Shown one piece after another: positions 9,573 through 17,541 of a stretch of DNA of 64,000 nucleotides (position 1 is the first letter of the stretch; every line of letters begins with the position of its first letter). A model generated the notes under the pieces. That model saw nothing but the letters and a program-made list of their open reading frames with translations. It was not told where the DNA came from and did not search any database. Position numbers and translations under genes: made by a program. The DNA comes from a virus. The stretch spans positions 64,001-128,000 of the IMG/VR virus record IMGVR_UViG_3300036985_006248; one strand, given 5' to 3'.

Positions 9573-9802
9573 ATACTGTTCTCGTTTCTGTAATCCAAAT
9601 ATGCGTTACGGAGTATTAATATGAGGTTGTCATCGTATATCATGGTATCCACCAATGCATTATTATCATTGTGTGGGTTTAACCAAAGCACTTCGGCTTC
9701 GTTGGTGAATATTCGCATCACTGCACCAATCATTGTCGATTGGTCTATGTTAACAAGCATCACGAGGTCGCCAACTTTGATGTCTTCAAAGGAAATTGTC
9801 AT
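9569..9802 (-). CDS. GDL-family paralogue
   Basis: IKVGDLVM...EVLW...AYLDYR; start uncertain. Confidence 0.65.
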   Translation of the reverse strand: MTISFEDIKVGDLVMLVNIDQSTMIGAVMRIFTNEAEVLWLNPHNDNNALVDTMIYDDNLILILRNAYLDYRNENSI

Positions 9803-9968
9803 AAATTTTTTTGGGAAATTTTTTCTCCGTGCCCAATTGTACACCATTTTGAAATGGGTAGCAAGAAGTGAAATTTCGGATTTTTATCTGGGGTTGGCGG
9901 GTGACCCTAGCCCGTTTCCCCAGCAATATCAGCCGGTTACCAGACATACATTCCGGCCATATCCCCCC

Positions 9969-10352
9969 CTATACGGGGAGGGAGGGGAGGGGGGCACCCC
10001 TATAGCCAAGCATGAAAGTCTCACTGCACTCTTTATTAAACAGTTTCATGTCATATGCATGCAAACATTCGGGCAGGTTAAACATCAATGCTTGACCCGC
10101 ATCCTTAAACAGCCTGCTCCATTCGGCAGGTGGTTCACCGTGTAACTCCACCACTTCCCCAACACGCGCAGCGAGGCAACCATATGCGCGCACAGCTAAC
10201 AGCAAGGCTTCCCATTCTCTGGGAGCGTCTACCTTAAGAAAGAACTCGACACGCCAATCCAACTCCTCACCAGTGAACGACCACATGCCGTTCAACCTTG
10301 AGAGGGTCAGCTTGACTTTATTTATTTCGTGCCGAATCATTTTGTCAATCAC
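9969..10352 (-). CDS. hypothetical early protein
   Basis: 127 aa ORF coupled to the upstream gene. Confidence 0.55.
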   Translation of the reverse strand: MIDKMIRHEINKVKLTLSRLNGMWSFTGEELDWRVEFFLKVDAPREWEALLLAVRAYGCLAARVGEVVELHGEPPAEWSRLFKDAGQALMFNLPECLHAYDMKLFNKECSETFMLGYRGAPLPSLPV

Positions 10353-10738
10353 GCCTCGTTCATATCAAGCATCGCGGTAACATGGTCGCGGTCACGCTCT
10401 GCCGTTGCATATGCTTCCATTGCACGGTTAACGAGGTCCACATATTCCTGAGTTGCCTCAAGAAAGGTTGCGAAGTTAACAGCAACGGCGGCAGCTTCCT
10501 CCGCTTCCTGAATGTCCTCCGCGATGCCTTCACGGGCGGCGAGGTCGGCATCACTGAAAGCATTGTCAAGCTCAGTTGGGAATTCCATGTCTTCGTTCTC
10601 CTCAGTCACCACGTTAACTTCCTCGCCAATTTCGTACACGTCAGACTCTCCGGTGTAAATATCTTTCTCATGGACAAACAGTCTGCCCATCACCTCGCCC
10701 GTCACCACCTCACCCGTCAAGATGTTTTGCGCTTGCAT
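10349..10738 (-). CDS. acidic hypothetical early protein
   Basis: 129 aa, AAGGA SD. Confidence 0.7.
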   Translation of the reverse strand: MQAQNILTGEVVTGEVMGRLFVHEKDIYTGESDVYEIGEEVNVVTEENEDMEFPTELDNAFSDADLAAREGIAEDIQEAEEAAAVAVNFATFLEATQEYVDLVNRAMEAYATAERDRDHVTAMLDMNEA

Positions 10739-10747
10739 CTTTTCCTT

Positions 10748-11008
10748 TCAGTCTACCCACGTCCAACCACGAGCGGGAAGCATATCCATGAGGTCAGTCG
10801 GTGCGGCTGACATGATGACATAGGGAGCGATTTCCGCTCGCGAGATGTCGCCCGCTTCCTGTTCATATCCGTCAACAAGAGCAAAGCGAATATCCGACTC
10901 GCGTTTATTATCAAGCAGGAAATACTCCCAACGGTTCCGGGTCATAAGCCACCCATACACCTCAACGGACTGCGACCCATCCAGACGCTTCATAGTGCGG
11001 GGCTTCAT
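10748..11008 (-). CDS. hypothetical early protein
   Basis: 86 aa, GGAGG SD. Confidence 0.7.
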   Translation of the reverse strand: MKPRTMKRLDGSQSVEVYGWLMTRNRWEYFLLDNKRESDIRFALVDGYEQEAGDISRAEIAPYVIMSAAPTDLMDMLPARGWTWVD

Positions 11009-11010
11009 AA

Positions 11011-11238
11011 TTACGCCTCCTGAATCTTGGTGACAGTGAGATTGAACTTCGGGAGCGCCGAGGCAATGTCCTTGGCGTGAATCTTCGACATGGCCCAGAT
11101 GCGGAACGGTTCACCTTCGTCGTCCACAGCATCGACGCAGTGCGTTGCAGTGCGGCACTCAATTTCGAGGAACGCGGTGAGCAGCGGGTCACGGGTGAGC
11201 ATCTTCTTCGTGGAATTCGTCGCGTTGGTGTCGTTCAT
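11011..11238 (-). CDS. hypothetical early protein (MNDT start, leaderless)
   Basis: ATG 7 nt after a -10 box. Confidence 0.7.
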   Translation of the reverse strand: MNDTNATNSTKKMLTRDPLLTAFLEIECRTATHCVDAVDDEGEPFRIWAMSKIHAKDIASALPKFNLTVTKIQEA

Positions 11239-11300
11239 GTGAAGTAGTATCTCATGGCAGAGGGTTTACGGCAACAACTATTTCGATGAATGATTCTTAT
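11239..11300 (-). promoter_or_regulatory. sigma70-type early promoter with upstream TTCAT box
   Basis: TTGCCG-N17-GATACT-N7-ATG. Confidence 0.7.
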
Positions 11301-11503
11301 TCCAGTTCGGCCAACAACGCCAGCAGCTTATCCATGAGAGCGCCATGCTCCCGATTGACACGCTCGCGATAATAGCGGTTCGCCATATCATGAAACTCGG
11401 GCGGGTTGTTATCAAGGTGTTCGATTGTCGCAGCCAGCATTTCCTTGCACTTTGTAAGCTGACTTTCCATCGTCGCAATATATGCGCCATCGGCCATCGA
11501 CAT
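11297..11503 (-). CDS. hypothetical early protein
   Basis: 68 aa, AGGAG SD. Confidence 0.65.
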   Translation of the reverse strand: MSMADGAYIATMESQLTKCKEMLAATIEHLDNNPPEFHDMANRYYRERVNREHGALMDKLLALLAELE

Positions 11504-11504
11504 A

Positions 11505-11660
11505 TTAGCTCTCCTGATTCGAGGTGGACTTGTTCGCGCGGCGGTTCATGCGGGTGATTTCGCGCTTGAGGAAACGGACGGTGGAAGCCTTCACCACGAG
11601 CCACTTGCGGTCAGACTTGAGATAACCGCGCATCGTCTTCGCTCTGCTCGTCGTATCCAT
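11505..11660 (-). CDS. basic 51-aa early protein (MDTTSRAKTMRGYLKSDRKW...), below the ORF-track cutoff, leaderless
   Basis: ATG 7 nt after TATTAT; stop abuts the next gene. Confidence 0.65.
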   Translation of the reverse strand: MDTTSRAKTMRGYLKSDRKWLVVKASTVRFLKREITRMNRRANKSTSNQES

Positions 11661-11720
11661 GAGACACATAATACACCCGCTCAGTCCCTACGTCTACATC
11701 TTTCAGCATGAAAGAATCTG
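11661..11720 (-). promoter_or_regulatory. sigma70-type early promoter
   Basis: AGATTCTTTCATGC...TAGACG-N17-TATTAT-N7-ATG. Confidence 0.75.
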
Positions 11721-11741
11721 ATACTTGCCCCACCCCGCCAG

Positions 11742-11813
11742 TAGATTCTTTCACTGGATATTAGTTTTCGGGTGTGATATAATGGTGCCAGCCGCGCGAA
11801 AGCGCGGCTGGGT
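11742..11813 (+). repeat. promoter-hairpin cassette copy 1
   Basis: TGGATA-N17-TATAAT followed by CCAGCCGCGC-GAAA-GCGCGGCTGG. Confidence 0.85.
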
Positions 11814-11848
11814 AGCCACTGTTATTAGCTGGTACCCACGCGCATTTA

Positions 11849-12109
11849 TTAGCGGGTCAAATCTTCCACATAAGCGGTCTTGGCCTTTGTCTCAGCGAGC
11901 AGCTTTTCCACCTGAGCGGTAATCTTTTCGAGGTTGCCCTTCATACCGTATTGCTTACGGGCAATTGTCGTCGCCTGTGGAATTTTGCTTGACATTCGCA
12001 TACCGTGCGCCTGCATTTTCAGACCCTGCAACAGCGAGGCGAGACGATAAACCTCAATGCCGTTTCCGGTCATGATAACGCCACCATTACCAAAAGCTTC
12101 AATGGACAT
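11849..12109 (-). CDS. hypothetical early protein (start MSIEAF)
   Basis: AGGAG SD before ATG at 12109. Confidence 0.65.
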   Translation of the reverse strand: MSIEAFGNGGVIMTGNGIEVYRLASLLQGLKMQAHGMRMSSKIPQATTIARKQYGMKGNLEKITAQVEKLLAETKAKTAYVEDLTR

Positions 12110-12137
12110 TTTTTTCTCCTGAATTTGTAAGAGGTTT

Positions 12138-12380
12138 TTACAGGTCGGCAATCATTTGGTCAAGCTCATCACAATCAAGCGTCTCGTCAGCATAAGAAAC
12201 ATCGTCTGGGGTCTTCGTTGCCCCACACATTTCCCACATGGCGTAACGAAAGTCGTTGTAGGGATTCCTACGGTTCCGAAACGACCTTGCGAGTCGGTAA
12301 AGACCCTCCTCGTTCTGAATATAGAGCGCGACGTTCCACGTTTCATAATTCGCCCATCCCTGATAAGTCGTGTCGTTCAT
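12138..12380 (-). CDS. conserved-type phage hypothetical (YQGWANYETWNVALY), MNDT start, leaderless
   Basis: motif recalled from phage hypotheticals; ATG 7 nt after TATAAT. Confidence 0.75.
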   Translation of the reverse strand: MNDTTYQGWANYETWNVALYIQNEEGLYRLARSFRNRRNPYNDFRYAMWEMCGATKTPDDVSYADETLDCDELDQMIADL

Positions 12381-12440
12381 GTGGCCTATTATACATGAGG
12401 GAGGTCTAGACGTCTACGCTTTTCTGTATGAAAGGTTTTA
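12381..12440 (-). promoter_or_regulatory. sigma70-type early promoter
   Basis: TTTCAT...TAGACG-N17-TATAAT-N7-ATG. Confidence 0.75.
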
Positions 12441-12470
12441 CTAGTGGACCCACCGCCCATTAGAATAAAA

Positions 12471-12543
12471 CAGTAGATATTCTTTTTTAGGTGTGATATA
12501 ATAGTGCCAGCCGCGCGAAAGCGCGGCTGGGTCACCCCAGACC
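12471..12543 (+). repeat. promoter-hairpin cassette copy 2
   Basis: TAGATA-N17-TATAAT, identical hairpin, then GTCACCCCAGACC. Confidence 0.85.
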
Positions 12544-12724
12544 ACGCAAGACTTACCCGCTTCCTTCTGTACAGAGGGTGAAGATTAGCAAACCGAATAC
12601 GGGAAAAAACACAATCAAAAAGAGAACGTCCATATTCACACCTGCTCGAAAAGGTCAACAATCATATAGCTGAAAAAGAAAGTGGTGGCAGCGAAGATTG
12701 AATAGAAAATGATAGTTTCCATTA

Positions 12725-13093
12725 TTAAATCACCCCCATGCGGACAAGAATCGACGGGCACCCATGCTCACAGTGACCGTCAGGTTCAACCTGACACCCA
12801 TCCTTGCAGAGTGCAGGCACAGCGTCATCGGTAGCCCATTGCTCAAGAGCGGTCATCATTTCGGAACCATTCTCGATACAATGTTCATTGCGGAATTCTT
12901 GAAGAGTTAAACTCATGTCAATACCCTTTCCATATTTCGAGTAATCAGCAGCTTCCCAATCAGCTTCAGTCACAACGTCTTTTTTTGCTACTTTGTGCGC
13001 CCCGGCACCCTTTCGGGCAATCGCTGCAATAGCGTTGCCGTTTCGGCGGCGGGGTGAAGGCATGCTGGCTTTGATGTTCTTTGGTCTGCTCAC
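12725..13093 (-). CDS. hypothetical protein with Cys/His-rich C-terminus (CKDGCQVEPDGHCEHGC)
   Basis: GTG start overlapping the upstream stop (GTGA). Confidence 0.65.
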   Translation of the reverse strand: MSRPKNIKASMPSPRRRNGNAIAAIARKGAGAHKVAKKDVVTEADWEAADYSKYGKGIDMSLTLQEFRNEHCIENGSEMMTALEQWATDDAVPALCKDGCQVEPDGHCEHGCPSILVRMGVI

Positions 13094-13251
13094 TGTTCGT
13101 CCCGTGAGAACATCGCGGCAATCTCGTGACGGTCTTCGTCGTCGCGACACGCCTTGCAAACCGGCGCGCCGAAGCCTTCGTGCTCAATCAGGAGGGTCGC
13201 GGGTTCGTCAATGCAGCGGGAGCAAATGCAGTCGTAAGCGGTGTCGTTCAT
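13090..13251 (-). CDS. 53-aa Zn-binding-like early protein (MNDTAYDCICSRC...CKAC), leaderless, not in the ORF track
   Basis: translated by hand; ATG 7 nt after GATAAT. Confidence 0.65.
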   Translation of the reverse strand: MNDTAYDCICSRCIDEPATLLIEHEGFGAPVCKACRDDEDRHEIAAMFSRDEQ

Positions 13252-13312
13252 GTGGGCTATTATCTCACGGGAATGACTTTACGTCTACATCTTTCAGCAT
13301 GAATGATTCTTA
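13252..13312 (-). promoter_or_regulatory. sigma70-type early promoter
   Basis: AGAATCATTCATGC...TAGACG-N17-GATAAT-N7-ATG. Confidence 0.75.
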
Positions 13313-13318
13313 TACTCT

Positions 13319-13516
13319 TCAGTAGTCTGATTCGATGCGCTCACCATCGGTGCTGTAATCCGAGTTTACAAAGATGTCGGGGCGGTACTTCGCCAAACGC
13401 ATCGCCTTGCACTTTCCGCACACTCGCGCGACGGGAATCCCGCGAGCGTCGTTCACCCAGTAACTGCCGTCAAACTTAGTGTGGCGCTTGCAATCCGTCT
13501 CGGTCGTGTCGTTCAT
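13319..13516 (-). CDS. hypothetical early protein (MNDT start, leaderless)
   Basis: DARGIPVARVCGKC; ATG 7 nt after the -10 box. Confidence 0.7.
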   Translation of the reverse strand: MNDTTETDCKRHTKFDGSYWVNDARGIPVARVCGKCKAMRLAKYRPDIFVNSDYSTDGERIESDY

Positions 13517-13576
13517 GTGAGGTAGTATCTCATGGCCATGCTGTTATGACCAGCTTTTTCTTCATGAAACGTTCTA
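13517..13576 (-). promoter_or_regulatory. sigma70-type early promoter
   Basis: TTTCATG...TGGTCA-N17-GATACT-N7-ATG. Confidence 0.65.
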
Positions 13577-13597
13577 ACGTTCCCCCCGTCCACCTAG

Positions 13598-13680
13598 TAG
13601 ATTCTTTCACTGGATATTCTTTTGTGGACCTGATATAATAGTGCCAGCCGCGCGAAAGCGCGGCTGGGTCACCCCAGACC
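13598..13680 (+). repeat. promoter-hairpin cassette copy 3
   Basis: TGGATA-N17-TATAAT, identical hairpin, then GTCACCCCAGACC. Confidence 0.85.
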
Positions 13681-13700
13681 GCTCGTCACCATATCTTTTC

Positions 13701-13895
13701 TTATGTCACCCCATAGCGCAGCTTCAATGCCGCATCGTACATCTCAGAAAGAATATTAATACCTTCGTTGATTTGAATTTGTGTAGCTTCTGGATTCAAG
13801 GTGACATATGTTTTAATCAACGCGGAAATTTCTTTGATTTCGCTTTCACTCCATGGTCTATGAGGAACATTAATATAAACTTTTGATTCATTCAT
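13701..13895 (-). CDS. hypothetical protein
   Basis: 64 aa ORF. Confidence 0.55.
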   Translation of the reverse strand: MNESKVYINVPHRPWSESEIKEISALIKTYVTLNPEATQIQINEGINILSEMYDAALKLRYGVT

Positions 13896-13949
13896 TTTAT
13901 TTGTTTTCCTTTGTTAGTCCCAAGTATCTCAGAGAGTGTTTTCAAGACG

Positions 13950-14615
13950 TCACGCGAAATAATCCTTCTGAGCGGGAGTCATTTTCTTGACGCCGTGATA
14001 AACCAGACCGATATTAACAACACCTTCGATTGCAGGCATATCGCTAACGTTTCCGTCTTCGTAGCCTGCGCTGATGCGGTCACTGTCAGTCGCAAAGATG
14101 CGCGCGTGAGATTGAGTCAGGTTAACCTTATCGTCAAACTTTCCACCAAGCGATTGCACGATGCGGAGATTTGCAGGTCGGTCAGTTTCAATGTCAAGGT
14201 GCAAACTCTTAGTGTAGGCATAAAAGGTTACATTAGGAGTGAAAAGGGCAATAGCCTTCCATGCGTTCAAGTAGTCTTGTGAGAAGAAATCGCCAGAGTC
14301 ATGGATACGGACAACATTATACCGCTTGCCAAGCTTCAAGAGGTCTTCAATTGCCATGCCAACGAAACCCATCGCCCCCACGGTGAGAAAGAGATTAAGA
14401 TTATGGTTTCGCGCATTGAAGACGCTTGCCATACCGTAACGACCTTGCTTAGCGTAGCAGACACCTCGGCAAGCGCCAGCACCGGGGCAAGTATTACCCA
14501 CCCCGTCAATCTTGAAGTCTGCCGGAATTCCGTAGCCCAGTACGCGCAGAGTTTCACCACCAGTCTTAACAAGCTTCGCGTTGCCTTCGGTCCATTTGAG
14601 GTTATAGGCGGTCAT
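13950..14615 (-). CDS. GP88-like protein (Cys-cluster, radical-SAM-like)
   Basis: GNAKL...TCPGAGACRGVCYA...RIHDSGDF...FYAYTK; AAGGA SD before ATG 14615. Confidence 0.75.
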   Translation of the reverse strand: MTAYNLKWTEGNAKLVKTGGETLRVLGYGIPADFKIDGVGNTCPGAGACRGVCYAKQGRYGMASVFNARNHNLNLFLTVGAMGFVGMAIEDLLKLGKRYNVVRIHDSGDFFSQDYLNAWKAIALFTPNVTFYAYTKSLHLDIETDRPANLRIVQSLGGKFDDKVNLTQSHARIFATDSDRISAGYEDGNVSDMPAIEGVVNIGLVYHGVKKMTPAQKDYFA

Positions 14616-14664
14616 GGTTTTTTCCTTTGGTGTGGGTCTGTTTGTTTCCCTATCGACTTCACAC

Positions 14665-14718
14665 ATACTACACCCTACACGCCCACAGGTCTAGCTTTTT
14701 TTGCATGAATGAATCTAA
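14665..14718 (-). promoter_or_regulatory. sigma70-type early promoter
   Basis: AGATTCATTCATGC...TAGACC-N17-TAGTAT. Confidence 0.7.
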
Positions 14719-14818
14719 TGTTGGGGCGGCTAGCATAAGAGCAGCTAATAGGTAAAGACTCTTGACAAAAGGATTCCGTTGACCTTTCTGTAAAGTCGTG
14801 CTACAATGACAGTCAAGG

Positions 14819-15097
14819 TCAGAGCCAGACAACGGCACCACAGTCACTGTGGAATAACACGCATGATGACGTTTGTACTGTATCGTGCTTAATATCATAT
14901 GTCAGATACTTCCATCTGTTAGCATATACGTTTTTAAATACATCAGTGATTAGTGTGAGTGATACCGCTATCGCTTCCTCTGACTCTCCCAAGCTGGAGT
15001 CATAACAAAGCCTCCCAATGTACTTCCGGTAGAAGGCTTCGTCTTGTTCGTCGCCGTCTTGTTCGTCACTCACAGGAAAGTAACTCCTTGCAACCAA
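14819..15097 (-). CDS. GDL-family-like paralogue (YRKYIG subtype)
   Basis: YRKYIGRL...ITDV...WKY. Confidence 0.55.
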   Translation of the reverse strand: MVARSYFPVSDEQDGDEQDEAFYRKYIGRLCYDSSLGESEEAIAVSLTLITDVFKNVYANRWKYLTYDIKHDTVQTSSCVLFHSDCGAVVWL

Positions 15098-15294
15098 AGG
15101 TCATCAGCTATGGTGTAATGGGTCGATCCATTTGTGAGCGAGTGATATATAAAATAAAATCTATGTTCCCCAAGAGTGGCACTCGGTTGCATACCGATAA
15201 TCATATACAAGGGCCACCGGGGTTGCCCAAGAACATCGATGAGGCGATGCTTATAAAACAGTTTGCCAATGTATTTCTTTAATACTTCTTGCAT
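15070..15294 (-). CDS. GDL-family-like paralogue (KYIG subtype)
   Basis: KKYIGKLF...MIIG. Confidence 0.55.
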   Translation of the reverse strand: MQEVLKKYIGKLFYKHRLIDVLGQPRWPLYMIIGMQPSATLGEHRFYFIYHSLTNGSTHYTIADDLWLQGVTFL

Positions 15295-15497
15295 ATGCCC
15301 TCATGTGTGCGCGCACGCCCACCCCTACCCTAGCACGGTAGTACCACAGTGTCAACAGGATTCCCAGCCCCCGAAGGGGGGAATATTACATATATAAACA
15401 ACAAAATACCGCCTTATATACTATAAGGCGGCTGGCTATACCTATATTAATAGAGTTACAGTTTTTCATGACCCCCCCCTCCCACACTGGAAGGGCG

Positions 15498-15710
15498 TTA
15501 CCTACTGTGCCCTCCTAGTACCTTAAGATTGGTACCGGCCAACCAATACGGTGCGGTAGTGAATGGGCTATTAGCTGGAAGAATAAGATATGCATCTACC
15601 TTGTATCTGCACTGCAACACTGTAGCAACATAGTCAATGCACTCATCTAGTCTGCTTAACGTTAGAATCTTAACGAGGTCACCTTTTTTAATTGCTCGCT
15701 TCCCTGACAT
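15498..15710 (-). CDS. GDL-family paralogue
   Basis: IKKGDLVKI. Confidence 0.55.
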   Translation of the reverse strand: MSGKRAIKKGDLVKILTLSRLDECIDYVATVLQCRYKVDAYLILPANSPFTTAPYWLAGTNLKVLGGHSR

Positions 15711-15742
15711 AGCTTTATCTCTCCACGTCCAATTGGTACAGA

Positions 15743-15928
15743 TTACGGAGGACTAATACAGCCAAGTCCTCTTCCAAGACAGTAGATGAGCATCATCAGG
15801 GGAAGTAAGAGCAGGCCATTACCGCCTGAACCTGTATCGCTTGTGCTAGCACCTAGGGGTCGAGTACAGAAGGGACAGATATAAGCACTAAACGGAATCG
15901 AGCTACCACACTTCAAGCAGGTTTTCAA
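15743..15928 (-). CDS. small zinc-ribbon membrane protein
   Basis: CLKCG...CPFC plus C-terminal hydrophobic helix; AAGGAG SD. Confidence 0.6.
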   Translation of the reverse strand: MKTCLKCGSSIPFSAYICPFCTRPLGASTSDTGSGGNGLLLLPLMMLIYCLGRGLGCISPP

Positions 15929-15956
15929 AGCTTTCTCCTTCAGGGTTAGTTACATA

Positions 15957-16208
15957 CTATTCTAGTTCTGCCCGAAAGTCAAGGTAGTTTTTTCGGTAAA
16001 CCATGATGCGGGTATTAAAGACGGTACCAATGCTTTCCACGGCGAGTGGCGGTGGACAGCCTGTAATCCAATGAACGTTGTGGCTGCCTTTGAAATCATA
16101 GGAGTTTGGTTGAATGACCATTCCAATATCTCCATAATGATTTCTGATAAGCATGCCAAGGGTGACTTGTTTGCCCGCTTCTTCATCAACAGTCGAAGTC
16201 TTATGCAT
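15957..16208 (-). CDS. GDL-family paralogue
   Basis: LGMLI...GDIGMV...VHW...YRKNYL. Confidence 0.6.
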   Translation of the reverse strand: MHKTSTVDEEAGKQVTLGMLIRNHYGDIGMVIQPNSYDFKGSHNVHWITGCPPPLAVESIGTVFNTRIMVYRKNYLDFRAELE

Positions 16209-16251
16209 AGAACCGATAGTAGCATGCCTCTGGCGGAAGTCAAGAAAAAAG

Positions 16252-16324
16252 CAGAGGCACTAGGGCTTGAACCTAGAACATCCAGATTCAAAGTCTGGCG
16301 CTCTACCAATTGAGCTATGCCTCT
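16252..16324 (-). tRNA. tRNA-Gln(UUG)
   Basis: full cloverleaf; anticodon arm CCAGA-CT-TTG-AA-TCTGG. Confidence 0.9.
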
Positions 16325-16330
16325 ATACTA

Positions 16331-16452
16331 CCGTAACATGGCGGGGAATTGAACCCTGCTATAAGGGCGTTACTCGGAATCTACTCGGAGCTTTGCACTC
16401 CAATTATCCACCCTCATTCACCAGACCTGTGATTCCCATACAGCATGTTACG
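16331..16452 (-). ncRNA. ~121-nt tRNA-like structured RNA of unknown type
   Basis: 9-bp terminal stem CGTAACATG/CATGTTACG, T-loop GTTCAATTC and further internal stems; no canonical D or anticodon arm. Confidence 0.6.
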
Positions 16453-16454
16453 TG

Positions 16455-16525
16455 AGCGATGCATCGGTTTCGAACCGATAATATCAACTTGGAAGGATGA
16501 TGTGTTACCGTTACACTAGCATCGC
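16455..16525 (-). tRNA. tRNA-Gly(UCC)
   Basis: cloverleaf; CT-TCC-AA loop. Confidence 0.85.
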
Positions 16526-16585
16526 CTATCTTTTGCGCCTATCGTCTTTTTTATGGCATCTGAGTTAATTCCGCATATACACTTG

Positions 16586-16665
16586 TGGGCAAGGTGGGAA
16601 TTGAACCCACAATGCTTGCGCGGCGCATTTTGAGTGCGCTAGATTTACCGTTTTCCTACTTGCCC
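16586..16665 (-). tRNA. tRNA-Leu(CAA)
   Basis: GCGCA-CT-CAA-AA-TGCGC; variable arm present. Confidence 0.88.
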
Positions 16666-16744
16666 ATGTTTCTTAATCGATTAATCCTTATATATATGAG
16701 GTGTTCCAGTTGTTCCATGGAAAGATGCTTAATTGTCATATTTG

Positions 16745-16818
16745 TAGCAGCGGCGGGATTCGAACCCGCACTGTAGAGATTTTAAGTCTCCTGCCTCCTG
16801 CCTTTGGGCTACGCTGCC
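16745..16818 (-). tRNA. tRNA-Leu(UAA), short variable loop
   Basis: GGAGA-CT-TAA-AA-TCTCT. Confidence 0.88.
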
Positions 16819-16873
16819 TTCTCTGTCTCTACTCATTCTACACTGCTTTTGATTCTACGTCTACAACTATTTG

Positions 16874-16945
16874 TGCCCTCAGAGAGATTCGAACCCCCGA
16901 CCTACGGTTTACAAAACCGTTGCACTACCGCTGTGCTATAAGGGC
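16874..16945 (-). tRNA. tRNA-Thr(UGU)
   Basis: ACGGT-TT-TGT-AA-ACCGT. Confidence 0.9.
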
Positions 16946-16957
16946 GTACTGATTTCA

Positions 16958-17242
16958 TCACAACAACTTCCTTGCATCATATTGACAGACGTAGTATTTA
17001 TCCACTTCTCCATTCCAATCATTCCCATCGGCAGTATAAAAAGCGTGCCGTCCGAGGCGGCTATTGTACCACCAAACAATAAAGCTGTTAGCCTTTCTTA
17101 TTGTTACTATCCCAAACCCCCAACGCTCATCATAAAGCAGCCTGCCGACGTATTGGTTATTTGCCATGTTTCCTTTAGGGTTTGGGCGTCCAACCAAATC
17201 ACCGACTGAGTGAACACTCTTTTTCATCTGTGTCCCTCGCAA
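16958..17242 (-). CDS. GDL-family paralogue
   Basis: VGDLV / YVGRLL...GIV...IVWW. Confidence 0.55.
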   Translation of the reverse strand: MRGTQMKKSVHSVGDLVGRPNPKGNMANNQYVGRLLYDERWGFGIVTIRKANSFIVWWYNSRLGRHAFYTADGNDWNGEVDKYYVCQYDARKLL

Positions 17243-17423
17243 GAAGATTCAAGATGTTTTCCTTGAACAATTCAATATTACTACAACGATAGTTCCTTAT
17301 GACTTGCCCATCGTTCCATTCTATAGTGTATACCCATATTCCACAGTCTTCCTTGACATCTGTGAGGATGCCCGTCTCGCCGTAGTGCGTCATCATCAGG
17401 TCGCCAACATAATGAATCGCCAT
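17199..17423 (-). CDS. GDL-family paralogue
   Basis: YVGDLMM...GIL...YTIEW. Confidence 0.65.
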   Translation of the reverse strand: MAIHYVGDLMMTHYGETGILTDVKEDCGIWVYTIEWNDGQVIRNYRCSNIELFKENILNLLARDTDEKECSLSR

Positions 17424-17459
17424 AGACTCATCCTATCATCGATTGTAGCTACCGTCAAG

Positions 17460-17535
17460 CGCATCCGGCAGGGGTCGAACCTGCATGGGTCCAATTAGCT
17501 TTCTCTCGCTTAGAAGGCGAGCGGCATACGGATGC
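17460..17535 (-). tRNA. atypical tRNA-Arg(UCU) lacking a D-arm
   Basis: acceptor GCATCCG/CGGATGC, anticodon arm CTCGC-CT-TCT-AA-GCGAG, T arm GCAGG-TTCGACC-CCTGC; only 7 nt where the D arm should be. Confidence 0.7.
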
Positions 17536-17541
17536 ATTTAG

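Noticed and set aside
11788-11811. Repeated GC hairpin as a standard intrinsic terminator or integron attC site
   Set aside because: No U-tract on either strand; no GTTRRRY/RYYYAAC core sites or integrase seen. Kept as an unexplained element instead.
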